DNA from: Octopus sinensis
Taxonomy: Eukaryota
Assembly (NCBI RefSeq): GCF_006345805.1
Contig: NC_043008.1
Location: 3,782,001 to 3,846,000, forward strand
DNA: 64,000 nucleotides
Direction: 5' to 3'
The notes beneath the pieces are model-generated. The model searched no databases. It worked only from the letters and a program-made list of their open reading frames with translations, and had not been told where the DNA came from. A program made the translations under genes and the position numbers. Each line of letters opens with the position of its first letter. The stretch's first letter is position 1. Of the stretch, positions 1 through 13,042 are shown in pieces.

Positions 1-409
1 TCCTTTCATTACCTTGCGACGTATTCTGTCATTTATTCGATAAACATTCTTTATTTGGCAATAAAAATAAAAGGCAAGTGCACGGCTTTCGATTTCTGTT
101 TTACTGTTTCAACTAATTGTACAGAATACACTTTTGTATATATTTATTTATGTATATAAGTCGATTAGCGAGTATATTAGATTATTTAATTATCGGTGCC
201 TGTTTACTTGTTCTTTTATTCAATTAAGAGCCTAATTAAACAATGTGGTCTCCTTACAAACATTTGGGAAAAGTTGATGTTTAGAAGGAATGAAATCTAG
301 TAACCAGTTTGAGGTTGTATTTGCATAAAATAATCGAATGTTTCCATTAAAACCATCATCACCACCATCACCACTAACGCAACCGCGTAAAAAAGAGAGA
401 ACCTCGACA

Positions 410-870
410 CATTTGCTCTACATGTTGAAATAGCAGCCAATCAACACTCAAATCACGCACTATTTTCATGAATATAAGTGTGCATTAGATATACGTTTCC
501 GAGATAAAGATTCACATAACATTAAAAAGAACCAGAAGGACTAGATGATCACGAATGGAAAGCGTTTGTTGATAGGCCTGCTAGTTCATTGCCAATTCGT
601 AAGGCGGCGAGCGAGCAGAAACGTTAGCACACCGGGCGAAATGCGTAGCGGTATTTCGTCTGCTGTTATGTTCTGAGTTCAAACTCCGCCGAGGTCGACT
701 TTGCCTTTCATCCTTTCGGGGTCGATAAATTAAGTACCAGTTACGCACTGGGGTCGATGTAATCGACTTAATCCGTTTGTCTGTCCTTGCTTGTCCCCTC
801 TGTGTTTAGCTCCTTGTGGGTAGTAAAGAAATAAGTTCATTGCCAATTCGGGTATAAACTGCATACAACA
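410..870 (+). mobile_element. Old copy of dispersed ~200-bp (AAC)n-tailed repeat, interrupted by the SINE at 600-833
   Basis: Motifs GAAATAGCAGCCAA..TCAAATCAC and GATCACGAATGGAAAGCGTTTG..ATAGGCCTG match the copies at 37020, 39555 and 63775. The sequence resumes after the SINE TSD. Confidence 0.6.
600..833 (+). mobile_element. Full-length tRNA-derived SINE with Nin-type central domain (octopus OK/OR-like), young copy
   Basis: tRNA-like head (GGCGGCGAGCGAGCAGAAACGTTAGCAC... with B-box-like GAGTTCAAACTCC), Nin core TTTGCCTTTCATCCTTTCGGGGTCGATAAATTAAGTACCAG, tail ...GTAGTAAAGAAATA. Flanked by a perfect 17-bp TSD AGTTCATTGCCAATTCG (583-599 and 834-850). Closely similar to the copy at 46037-46325. 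Confidence 0.9.
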
Positions 871-994
871 GACCAAGCGGGTCTTAATGAGAGCAATGAA
901 ATGGCTAGAAATAGAAGCCAATGCACTCTGAAATCCTGCTCTAGTTCCATGAAGACGAAAGACAAAACCTTGATGTTTTTCAAATGGGCAAAGG

Positions 995-1160
995 ACTGGC
1001 TAGAAATATCAGCCAATTTACCCTCACCATATACAGCAGTCCCATGATAATAGAAAAAAATTAGTCTTGGAAACAGGATGATCATGGCTGAAAGGCCTAC
1101 GTTCGATTAGGTCCAATAGATCAGGTTTGACCTAGATTTAAACTGCATGCAATAACAGTT
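995..1160 (+). mobile_element. Degenerate copy of the (AAC)n-tailed dispersed repeat
   Basis: GCTAGAAATATCAGCCAATTTACCCTC ... GGATGATCATGGCTGAAAGGCCT ... GATCAGGTTTGACCTAG follows the family motif order. Confidence 0.5.
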
Positions 1161-2419
1161 TAATGAGATTGCTATAACATGTTTACTTGATCTGATAGAA
1201 ATACAAGCCTAATTTCCTTGAAATGAAATGTTAGATTTTTCTAAAACGTGAAGGTGCCATATGTATACAAGATAATATAAATAACGATACATTATACTGT
1301 AAACACACACGTAACGATTACAGTATGAGTTCATGGCAGCACAGGTAGGATGAATGAGAGGAGACTAGGGTCTATACAACAATAACAACAACTAATATGT
1401 TTAAAGCTATCTTTTAATAATCATTTGTATTTTGTATTTTGGAAACATTGCCAACCTATTTCGAGAAGTGGACCACATGAGGCTACGCTCCTCATCAAGT
1501 ACTCCGCACGACTAATAATATTCCGAGGTAATGTTTCGCTAAGTATGTCATTCAGGAAGTCAAGCGCGCTGCCATTTGCCCATGAGTGCCACACACGTTT
1601 GTAAAGTAGTTTATTTATCATGGATTAATCAAAGGCTGTTGTTGAAATCTGTTGAATTCATGATCAAGAATATCTACTTCGAAATTCATTCCAGCAGTGT
1701 TGGTACCTTTAAAGAATAGTGCATTTGGAAATATATTACCAGATGTGTCCTTCTCTTTAAGACCCCACAGCACGGTTTTGAATGAATTTTGGTTTATTGA
1801 GGTTGTCTTTGGTTGGCGATTCAATGATGGATTGTAGTACCATGAAGCACGTTCCTCCTTAGCTTATAACTGTAACAATAAGAGTTATTGTTTAGTAACA
1901 GCGAGTTATTGTTTCGTTCTAAGTCAGCCTTCATTGAACAGCTCTGTAATCAAAGTAATTCCAGCCGGAACCCTCTTGCTTTAATGTTCTAATCATACTG
2001 TACAAATGCCAACATTTTATATTTTCATAATCAGAGAATGTTCTTCACAAATAAGAAAGAAAGATCATTACTCATTCTGTAATCGTAACAATGACCGATT
2101 GAAACTCTACTTGGCTGAGGAAGTCAAGCAAGACCAAAATAAGTTCGCTGTTGCAAATCAGACTCGCTCTCTCTCCACGTCTACATCTCCATTACAATTC
2201 CTTTTGGTTTCTGACGCGTCCCCCTTTATTACCCCTGGGACTAAATCCTCATTAAACATTAATGAGCATATTCCGCAGTTAGACAGAAGAAAGTAATTAG
2301 TAAAATATAATTTCGACACTCATAGAAGATTGTACATACTTACACACACACACACATACACACACATAAGCACACACACATATACATACACACAAGAACA
2401 AACTGATTCTGTGTGTGTG

Positions 2420-2464
<45 letters not shown>

Positions 2465-2605
2465 AATAGTATAAAATTATACATATTGTCTGTATCGCAT
2501 GAATATGTTCTTGACAACCCATAATATATTATAGCATTCCTTATTATATACCTCAATGGCATTTCACTCCCAACAAGTTTCTCATCATATTACGAAAACA
2601 GAACA

Positions 2606-2606
<1 letters not shown>

Positions 2607-2685
<79 letters not shown>

Positions 2686-2709
2686 AATATGTCTGTCTGT
2701 CTGTCTATT

Positions 2710-2746
<37 letters not shown>

Positions 2747-2848
2747 ATCTGTCTGTCTGTCTGTCTGTCTATCTGTCTGTCTATCTATCTCTCTCTCTCT
2801 CTTCATATATATATATATATGAAGAGAGAGAGAGAGAGAGAGATAGAC
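2607..2848. repeat. Compound microsatellite (TATC)n/(TGTC)n/(CT)n/(TA)n/(GA)n
   Basis: Directly visible tandem arrays. They explain the YLSI and CLSV ORFs. Confidence 0.95.
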
Positions 2849-3375
2849 AGTCATTAGTTTACTTGAAACAAACCGCTAAGAAAACTTCAGTAAGCAAACA
2901 CATCCACATATATCCATATATTCATATGAACACACACACACATGCACACATAGGAAACACGTGCATATATACACACATGTACACTGCATATGTGTGTGAG
3001 CATGTACATACATACATATAATGCAAAAAATACAAACACACATATAAATGTATATGAATGTATTTATATATAAATATATATACATACACACATTTATGTA
3101 TATATATAAATACATTCACATACATTTATATATGTGTTTGTTTTTTTTGCAATATATGTATGTATGTACATGCTCACACATATGCAGTACACATGTGTGT
3201 ATATATGCACGTGTTTCCTATGTGTGCATCTGTGTGTGTGTGTACATGCATGGTTTAATATATTTATAATTGATATATTTATTAATGTTTGCATTCATAT
3301 GAATATATGGATATATGTGGATGTGTTTGCTTACTGAAGTTTTCTTAGCGGTTTGTTTCAAGTAAACTAATGACT
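2849..3375. repeat. ~530-bp fold-back inverted repeat (palindrome)
   Basis: 2849-2930 is the exact reverse complement of 3294-3375 (82 bp). The inner arms ~2931-3075 and ~3095-3242 are also complementary with mismatches. About 50 extra bp (3243-3293) occur only in the right arm. Confidence 0.92.
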
Positions 3376-3847
3376 ATTAGATATCAAAGTCATTTCCAGT
3401 CGCGTAGTAATAAGAACATCAACACCAACATGAACAATAAATAAATAAATAATAATAAAAAAACAAACACTAAAATGCATTTGATGTGGAACTTATATTC
3501 AAATGAGGAAAAGCAAAAATATAAACTACTAATTATTCTTTAGAAAGAGGGAGGCAGAAAGAGAGCGCAAGTGGGATGGTGTGGTGTCTAAACTGAAGTC
3601 TTGTTTGTCTTCATATCGTTACTTTTTGATTTTTATTGGCAGCTTACATTAAACAGTGTCAATATAATAAAGATTTCGATCAATATAAACTCATCATTTT
3701 TAAGTGTGTGTATGTGTGTATGTGGCGAGATATGTGTGAATATATCCTATCCTATCAAATATGAGTCGCTGTAAATTTATATTAAAATATACAAAAAAAG
3801 AGAAGCAAACAAAATTTCATTAATATTTTCCATTTAATGAAAGCGAT

Positions 3848-4035
3848 AAGGTGGTGAAATGGCAAAATCGTTAGAGTGTCGAAGAAATTACCTTGCGTTT
3901 ATTAAGTTGAAGCACCTCCTACGTCCAGAGTTCAGATCTCGCTGACACAGTCTGTACCTTTCATTTCCCTTTGGAAAGGTGGGTTAAAATTAAGTACCTG
4001 TTAAATACAATGCTCAATCTAATGGATTGTAATCT
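3848..4035 (+). mobile_element. Degenerate Nin-domain tRNA SINE
   Basis: AAGGTGGTGAAATGGCAAAATCGTTAGAG head, GAGTTCAGATCTC, CCTTTCATTTCC and AAATTAAGTACCTG occur in the expected order. Confidence 0.6.
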
Positions 4036-4126
4036 ACAACACCCCACCACCACCACCATCAGCACCAAATATTTCTGATTGTGCCCTTGTGCTCTTTTGT
4101 TAGAAGTCAATACAATGATAAGCTCA

Positions 4127-4302
4127 AAGGTGGTGAGCTGGCAGAATCTGTCTTTACGTTTCGAGTTGAAATTCTCCCGTGGTTGACTTTGCGTTTCATA
4201 ACCCGGCGTCTATAAAATTAGTACCAGTTGAGCGCTGGGGTCGATGTAATTAACTTACCCTTTTCCTGAAATTGCGAGCTTTTTGCTAAATTTTGAAACC
4301 AG
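4127..4302 (+). mobile_element. Nin-domain tRNA SINE with internal deletion
   Basis: AAGGTGGTGAGCTGGCAGAATC is joined directly to TGTCTTTACGTTTCGAGTTGAAATTC, followed by GACTTTGCGTTTCAT..TAGTACCAGTTGAGCGCTGGGGTCGATGTAAT. Confidence 0.7.
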
Positions 4303-5827
4303 TTTAATGACAGGCTTAAATTTTGTCAACGCGAGTGTAAAAATATACCCTACTGTAATAGCGTGTATTTTGTAAAGCAGTTTAACTATCACGGATAAGT
4401 CAATTGTTTTAAAAGTTGTTTGAATTCATGTAATTCATGATCGAGCCTACCTAATATCAAATGCGTTCCAACAGTGACCACCATGTTGATACATTCTAGA
4501 AATGGTACATACCACTAAGAACAGTTGCAGTAATCAATCTTTACACACATAAAACAAATAAGCAAAAACATTTCATTAATGGGTTCAGACGAATTATTTA
4601 TCTCTGAACGCTACATTACTACACCGTTCTTCAGCAGCCAATTTATTTCTTATGGTTTTGAAGTTTAGGATGTTGCCGTAGTTTAGAAGAATGCTTCTTA
4701 ATACCGAAGTACAGAATTAAACCTACATATACTGTTTCTAGAACACCAGATATCGAACATAAACGCTGTGAGAGAATTTGGTATATAGAAAATTTATAGA
4801 AGCCTGTTGTATTCATAAAAACAAGTATACAGGCATCTATATAAGTGTAGTTAGGTTAGTGTGCATGTATAAGTGTAATGTGTGTCCGTGATTTTGAAGT
4901 CATGTCCATTTAGATGCTGTAATTTAGTGGTCCGACAAATACATGTGGATACAACTAAGAACTAAACTGAAATAATGTGGGCGGAGTGATAAGATTGAAT
5001 AAACACATGAAGACTTTGCAGCTCTAGAGCCGAGGACCCACGACTGCAACCACTGACAGATTAGACACACACACACACACACGTGTGTGTGTATATATAT
5101 ATATATAGAGAGAGAATTTGTGTTTATATAGTTTATATACATACGTATTTATTTATCTATGAATAATATACGTATATATATACGCGCACACGCACACAAA
5201 CATATATATACACATGTATACATACTTACACACATATATTTATATAAATTTTGTTTTTAATGTTTTATTGGTTATATTATAATTATGTTTAACAATCAGC
5301 TATTTTGTTTACTTCGGTTACGTGACTTCAATATTTCAATATGATATGACCCAGCATGGCCACAGCCCACAGGCTGGAACCAGTAAAAAAAATAAAATAA
5401 AAGAGAAGAGTTGATAGACGAGATGATATTGTATATAGAATATAAGCTATAATTTAATAAGTTTTCTTCGATTTTTTATTTCTCTTTTACTTTGAACAAT
5501 ATTTTAATATCTTATTAATATCGTGCTGTATTTCATATTCTAAAGTTGGGTGGTCTTGACTTTCCTATATTTCAATTTAATAATTCGGTGCTAGTAAACG
5601 ACATATTTCACTTAGACAAACACTCTTTCGAATGAACGCGAGGGAGCCTGTATGCGACCGCTCGATCTTCAAGAAATTGCAGCCAAATGTTCCTTGAATC
5701 ATGTTCAGAGCTGACTTTGGGTTAAAATGCAGCTGCGACTAAATACAAACTCCTGTTGCCATTATTACAAATTTTCACTCAGCAGGAAGCAAGTAAAATG
5801 TGTGTGTGCGCGCGCGCGTGTGTAATA

Positions 5828-5919
<92 letters not shown>

Positions 5920-5940
5920 GTAGGTAGGTAGATAGGTAGA
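5828..5940. repeat. (GATA)n microsatellite
   Basis: Direct observation. Confidence 0.95.
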
Positions 5941-6950
5941 TGTGTGACGATTTTGTACATGATTTTATTGGCATGTATACATGTGTTGTTAGATTTGGTT
6001 TGACAGCCTTTCTCAAGTCGCACTCATTCTGAGTACCTTGCTGTATACTTATTGTAGCTTGTTGAAGTAGAGTTTATTTTATATAATGTAATGGATGCAG
6101 CTTGTGTTGTTAAGAATTTCGCCTTCAAATCACGCGTTTCGTGTTTAATATCATTGCTACTTTTCTTAGTTTAGGTCGACCAAAGCTTTGTGAATTACAC
6201 TATCAAACATGGAGGGCAAGAAAAAAATAACATAGACTTTGCGCCGCTTTTTCTTCATAAAACTGAACGTAAAGAAAAAGTTCGTGTTGTTGGAGGCCAT
6301 CTAATCTATTTGATTATAATTTGAAGATTGTTGTTACAGGACGTGTTTCAATGCGATGCCTTAAACGTTCGACGTGAGCCGTTGTTGCAGTCAGGATTTC
6401 TTTAGATAAAAAACAAGTTCAAATAACTTTCTCTGAAGGAATGACTGTTGTTATAATTATATTTTACTACATTGTCAACAAATGAGATCTTTGACAGTCG
6501 TATCTGGCTGTCTCTTGTTTTATTTATTCATTAGTGCATAACGAAGTTCAGTATTCAAACCTTAATATTGTTCCAGTTGTAGAATTAGCAGCAGAACAGC
6601 TTGTGTCTCTTTTATGCGTTCTGCAGTATAGAATATTAGATCAGGGAGTCATTGTCAGAGATTTAGATTGTTTACTAATGCACTTTTGTTTTTTCGTGAC
6701 AGAGTATTGCATTCAGAATAACAAATCCATTTGTCTTTGTTTTGTGGGCAGCCATCTATGCAGTTCAGAACCATTGATTTCTGTAATGTCAATGTTACTG
6801 AATGTTCTTTCGTATTGAAGCCATACACAATAAAGTCTGACAGATTGCAATGCAAGATACACACACAGACACACACACTCGCACATACACATACAGGCAC
6901 GTATATATACATGCAAACAAACAGAGACACGTCTGTATGTATTATATGTG

Positions 6951-7028
<78 letters not shown>

Positions 7029-7049
7029 GAATATATATATATGTGCGTG

Positions 7050-7083
<34 letters not shown>

Positions 7084-7155
7084 ATATGTATATATATATA
7101 TGGTATTTTTATATAAGCTTAATGCTTATGACGATCACCGTGCACGAAAGCATAT

Positions 7156-7188
<33 letters not shown>

Positions 7189-7237
7189 CCTTTTTGTTTC
7201 TGAAAGTGGATATCTTTTCCTAATAAGGCCTTAAATA

Positions 7238-7353
7238 ATAGCATGTAAATATTGGGTTGAAATGTATTTTGCATAGAAAAATTCAAAGTCCGCCAGTTGG
7301 ATGCGAACCCACTTTTGCTGAGACGGATTTTCAACCCAATATTTACATGTTAT
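7238..7353. mobile_element. 116-bp hairpin/MITE-like element with 25-bp inverted arms
   Basis: ATAGCATGTAAATATTGGGTTGAAA (7238-7262) pairs with TTTCAACCCAATATTTACATGTTAT (7329-7353) with 1 mismatch. The loop holds a B-box-like GGGTTCGCATCC on the minus strand (7299-7310). Confidence 0.7.
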
Positions 7354-7508
7354 CGTTTCTTTATGTGCTTCAAATCTATTACCTGTTCCCCCCAGCCACC
7401 CACAAAAAAATAATCATTTCACGTCCTCTTGAAAGGTTATAAATTATTGTCAAACACACTTACACACACACACAGATACATATTATTCTTAAACGAGAAT
7501 GTTATTGA

Positions 7509-7552
7509 CTGTGACTTCGGAGTTTCGCCAAGCCAAAGCCATCGTCTGACTG
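7509..7552 (-). ncRNA. Degenerate minimal hammerhead ribozyme-like motif
   Basis: Minus strand reads cagt-CAGACGA-tgGCTttggcttGGC-GAAA-CT-ccga-AGTC-acag. Core order, stem III and a GUC triplet are present, but U4 and stems I/II carry mismatches. Confidence 0.4.
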
Positions 7553-8499
7553 CGATGCATTGGGGTTAATCTTATCCGTTTTAGAGTCTCTTTTGAGTTA
7601 AAATCTTCTTTGTGTATGTGAGGTTCAACGAGGCAGTAATTTTTATGGTTTGTTGTTATGGAGAAGTATTTTGTTAAACTTTTAATTGATTAAATTTGGG
7701 GTTATGTTACTGTATAGAATTTATTCATGTATGTAGAAATTCGTAAATAAGCCTGTAGGTGTTTCTCAAATGTTTGGTATGCCCGGATGTGAAAGTATTT
7801 TTGTTGCTGTTGGTTTTATTGGGTTTGATACTTTTGCTTTGATAATGTAAATGTCAAAGATGCAATGTCCAGTATTTAAGCTCTCACAAACGCACAGCCG
7901 TACCATCGTTATAACTAACCGTGTGACCTTTGTAAAATTGAATCCTACCACATTCTAACATGCACAGACCAAATCCTGAACCGAAACTCCGAACTAGTCT
8001 TTTCATGCAATCACAACATCTTAAAAACATTAAAACACTTTAAACCAACAATCTTTTCTAACAGCGAAACTTGTTAATTATCCATCCAACTCTCTCCTTC
8101 CACCTACACCATAACCATCCTCATAATATATAATAAAAGACATATGGACATAAACCTTTACTCAAACACTTTTGTGAACATCAAAGCACAAGAGAAACAA
8201 CTTTCTGTACTAACAAAGCCAGGACATGCCTGGCTCATAACCCCGACGGTACAAATGGAAACAAGAAATACCCTCAGTAACAGCAATAACAAGTAAAGAA
8301 ATGACTAGCCAAACCTTATATACATGCCTCGATATGAAGAAGAAAAAAAAAATATATATATATATACGCGCGCACAGGCACACACATCAATACATTTATG
8401 CATACATATAAATAAATATAAGTATAACCAACAATGAGAGATGCATAGATATGGATATTTTTATAAATATGCATAGATACGTGCATATGTATGTATGTA

Positions 8500-8573
<74 letters not shown>

Positions 8574-9119
8574 CATACAGATATATACATGCATCTACAT
8601 ATATATATATACATACATATACATATGCATATATACACGTACACAAATATGTACATAAATATGTAGCACACACACACTCGTATATGTGTATCTAGCGTGT
8701 GTGTATATGTGTATCTAGCGTGTGTATATGTGTATGTGAGTGTGTGCGGGTGTTGTGTGCGTATACACAAAGGCAGAGTGCAATTGAGAATGATATGGAT
8801 AGCATATAATAATAGAAAATACAGTGAGATAGGCATAGGTAAATATAAGAGAAGCAACGTGGTTCTCTTGTATATTCGGTGTGGATCGTCAGCTGCCAGA
8901 ACCTGAATGGGAGACGATTCCATGCCCGACAATAAAAATGCTGCATTGCGTATAAATAGTCAACTGAAGAATTCCTCTTCAAATGTAACATCAAAATCAG
9001 CTGCAATAAACGTATCAATTCCTAAGTAATGCACGCTGAATTTACCATGCAAGAAAAAAATTAAGATTATTATTGATTTCTTGAAAGCTATACAATTTAC
9101 TTACTGATAGCTGCTACAT

Positions 9120-10135
9120 TGTATATAGGAATGTATGTTTGTATGTATGTATGTGTGTATGTATGTATGTATGTATGTATGTGTGTATGTAAGTATGTAT
9201 GTGCGTATGTATGTATGTATGTATGTAAATATGTATGTAAGTATGTATGTATGATTGTATGTATGTACGTATGTATGTATGTGTGTGTGTATGTATGTAA
9301 GCATGTATGTATGTATTTATGTATGCATATATGTATGGACGTATGTATGTATGTAGGTAAGTATGTATGTATTTATGTAGGTATCTATATATGTATGTAC
9401 GCATGTATATTATATGTGTATATGTGTGTTATGTATATATATATATGTGTGTATGTATGTATATGTATATATATGTGCATGTATATGTGCGCATGTGTGT
9501 GTGTACTCATATATTCATGTAGGTGTGTATGTGTTTGTGTTCTTTTGTGTCGGTGTTTGTGTGAATTTACTTGTGAGTCTGTGTGCGTGCGTAATGTATA
9601 CACGCATATACATATATGTATACGTATATATATACATATATAAACACAGACACACACGTACGCACACACAGACACACACACATATATATATTAATATATC
9701 TATTTTATGTAAGTGGGTGATATGTATATGTGTGTGTGTGTAGACATCGTACAGATATTTGTCTCATTGTTATTTATATGAAAATACATATTTATATACG
9801 AACACACGTACAAGCACTCATACACACATACAAATGTCTACACATACTTTTATATATTAGAGGTGCATACACACACACGCGCACACACATATGCGTATTC
9901 ATATTTGTATATGAGTATTGTGTATCCACAAGTGTTTACAAGCACACACATATATTTATATGTACGTGCATATATACATGTATGTATATATATATATGTG
10001 TGATGTGTTTCTATGTATATGTATATGGGCATATATGTATAATATGTTTATTATCATTTGTTCAATACATGTTTATTTACGTATATTTATCAAGCTATGT
10101 CTGTACACACACACACACACACATGCATATCTAAT
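9120..10135. repeat. Long compound (TATG)n/(TG)n/(TA)n low-complexity tract
   Basis: Direct observation. It is the source of the many MYVC/HTYI ORFs. Confidence 0.9.
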
Positions 10136-11169
10136 TATGTATTGACACTGTAAAGCAGGGCACGGTGTGTGCGCATGCTTGAAACGAAATGCATTCTTCT
10201 ATTCTTGCATTCTTCACGGTAACACAATGTTGCGTATACGCATTCAAGTTGGTTGATTAAGAGTTCATTTTTTTCAATGCAGAACCCATCTGCTACATGA
10301 AGCGAGCTATCATTAACGAAATTGTTGATATGAATTATAGTTTACGCATAAAGTTGATTTTTCTGCGACACACACGCTATTGATTGGAATCATATATAGG
10401 TTAACATGTCCTGGTTAAGCGTACAAAACATGAATATGTTTGAGAGAAAATTACCACAGGGAATAAATCCGCATTCAAACTACAAAACATATGCTGTCAG
10501 GTCTTGGCTCTTGCATATGTAACAGGGCAAACTACAAGATCTCACGTCACTCAGATTATCTTTGCATTTAGTGAGGAAATGTCACCCTCCAGTTCTGTTG
10601 AAAACAGGTCTGTCATAGGACAAGTATGTACGCGCATGTCGAACAGAACAAGTTCTCCCACAGAAGAACACACGAAGAGACAGAATCATAGAAAAACACC
10701 GATAAAGTAACATCTGAGCGTCACACAATTTAATTAATTTAAGGACTCCATTTGTTTGTTGCTGTTTCATTGCTTATGTTGTTGTAGTTGTTGCTGTTTG
10801 GTGTGTTGTTGTTAGGTGTGGTGTTAATGGTCGTCATCGTGGTAGTTGTGCAGGTATTGTTTCCTTATGGATTTGGTCCTAGAATGCCTTCATTGAAAAA
10901 CACTGTGTTCAAAGACATTCCGGCCTCATTCAGTCGATCATTTCTTTATTTGCAAAAGGATCCTGGCACCACATTATCCGAAGTCTCTTTTATTTAATTA
11001 TTCTATTTCTTTTCGTTGTTTAAAGAAAGTAGGTTGTAATTTGGCGGAGAATTGGCTACTCTTTCAGCAGGTCATGCAACTACGCATTACCATTCTCAGT
11101 TATAATGCTTCAAGTTGTTGTTGTTGCTGTTGTTGTTGACATCGTTGTTTTTGTTGTTGTTGTTTTTTC

Positions 11170-11575
11170 GTAGTGTTCAGCGCCAGGTCAGCATTGATTG
11201 ATCAGAGCTATGACCGAAAGTAGACTAACCTTGACCAATTCATGTTTCTGTATATCTCGGACAATATCAATCAATGTCATTCTCATTTTAAGATGGTAGA
11301 GTGTAACGAAAGACTTGACTATTGTTTGTAGCAGCTAAAACGACCGCACAGAGGAGGCTGCCATTTTGGCTGTTCTTCTCGTTGCTGCTGTTGTTATGTA
11401 TCAGCTCTAAGTTCACCGTGATTGAACAGACCTAGGATCAAAGGTATTTCACTTGTTTCCATGACAACATTATCCAATGCGTCGCCTCCCTTTAATGCTG
11501 TAGAGTGTAATTTGAGGGATATTCGGCTGCTATACCTAGCATTTACAGCGACCAAGTAGTAGTTTCTTAGTCTGC
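11170..11575 (-). mobile_element. Two adjacent degenerate copies of the (AAC)n-tailed repeat
   Basis: (GTT)n tails are followed by CCAGGTCAGCATTGATTGATCAGAGCTATGACC and GATTGAACAGACCTAGGATCAAAGGTATTTC, then GTGTAATTTGAGGGATATTCGGCTGCTATACCTAGC (reverse complement of the family motif). Confidence 0.55.
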
Positions 11576-11593
11576 AATGAGCATCTATTTTAG

Positions 11594-11795
11594 TGGCAGA
11601 ATCATCAGTGCACTGAAAAGATTGCTCATTTATTCCGGCTGTCTCCGCTCTGGGTTCAAATTCCTTCGTGGTCAGCTTTGCCTTTTATCCTTTCGGGATC
11701 ACTAAAATAAGCAGCATTTGAGCACTAGGGTCGACAGAATCGTCTAACTCCCTCCCACAAAACTTTAGGCTTTGTGTCTACAATAGAAAGTACTA
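11594..11795 (+). mobile_element. Degenerate Nin-domain tRNA SINE
   Basis: GTGGCAGAATCATCAG..GGGTTCAAATTCC..CTTTGCCTTTTATCCTTTCGGGATCACTAAAATAAGCAGCA, followed by (ATT)n. Confidence 0.65.
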
Positions 11796-11861
11796 TCCTT
11801 ATTATTATTATTATTATTATTATTAATAGTAATATTACTTCTGTAACTTTTCTTCACTAAA

Positions 11862-12066
11862 TGCAGAATTGTCAGCACGCTGACCAAAATGCTTAGCGGT
11901 ATTTCGTCCGCCCTTATGTTCTGAGTTCAAATTCTGCTGATGTCGCCTTTGCCTTTCATCCCCTCGGGGTCGATGAAATAAGTAGGAGTTATACAGTTGT
12001 ATCAATGCAATCAACTCCCTCCCAGCCTCTAAATTGATGGCATTATGCCAAAATTTGAAATCACTA
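11862..12066 (+). mobile_element. Nin-domain tRNA SINE
   Basis: AAATGCTTAGCGGTATTTCGTC..TTCTGAGTTCAAATTCTGCTGA..CTTTGCCTTTCATCCCCTCGGGGTCGATGAAATAAGTA. Confidence 0.75.
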
Positions 12067-12805
12067 TTACTCTTGTAAATTTCTTGAAGCACAACTATGT
12101 GTCTTGTGATATTTAAATACAAATATGGATTTCATATGTGAACCAAAAGTTTTCATTCGCCTTTGATTATACAGGCATTATCCATTACTCCCTCCATGTG
12201 TTTATATCACCAATAACATTATTTGATCGGAATTTGTGGACAGCATATAATATTCACAGGGAAGACTGGTGTGTTTACTTTGGTCATATGTATCTGGTGA
12301 TAGAAACGGATGTGTTTCTGCCCCATTTAACCTCTTCACTGAAGTATATTTATTCAGTCGGCAAGATAAAAGCGATTAATAAACAGAAGGAATGCAGTGC
12401 TCATGATTACGAAATGTTGAGAACATTCATAATATTATGGATATCTCAAGGGAGATTGAAATACACTGATTGAATATACGATGCAGTCTCACATATGATC
12501 AATTGAAGAAATTCAGTTTACGGAGATTATTTGTGTAATTTAGTAGACAATATCACTGAAAAATTAAATAATCCCTTCTATAATGTCATCATGGACACAC
12601 TGCCTCTTCCTAGACAAGTGACACAGCCATGGCTTGAATGCCTCTCGTCATAGGTCTGATCTGTACTTGCTCTCAATGATGAGATGCATACAAAGAAAGG
12701 ACGATTTTCATTTTCATTTCAACGATTGTCACAAGAGATCCAGCTGCCTGATCATAACCAGTCCAGATATCGCCCGCTGAAGGTAATTCAGAAATACGTG
12801 TGTGC

Positions 12806-12873
<68 letters not shown>

Positions 12874-12958
12874 CACACACACAGAGGCACATATGTATAT
12901 ATAAGTATGTGCACACGCAAACATGCATACACACACTATATATATATATGTTTGTATG

Positions 12959-13042
<84 letters not shown>

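Noticed and set aside
600-700. tRNA gene
   Set aside because: tRNA-like head of a SINE: it continues into the Nin core, is bounded by TSDs and is multi-copy.
6250-6800. Possible Tc1/mariner transposase remnant (WPP-like peptide on the minus strand)
   Set aside because: Only a three-residue match, with no continuous DDE motifs or TIRs visible.
12770-12800. CTGAAGG..GAAATACGT hammerhead-like string
   Set aside because: The core is altered and no convincing stem I or II forms. Too degenerate to call.
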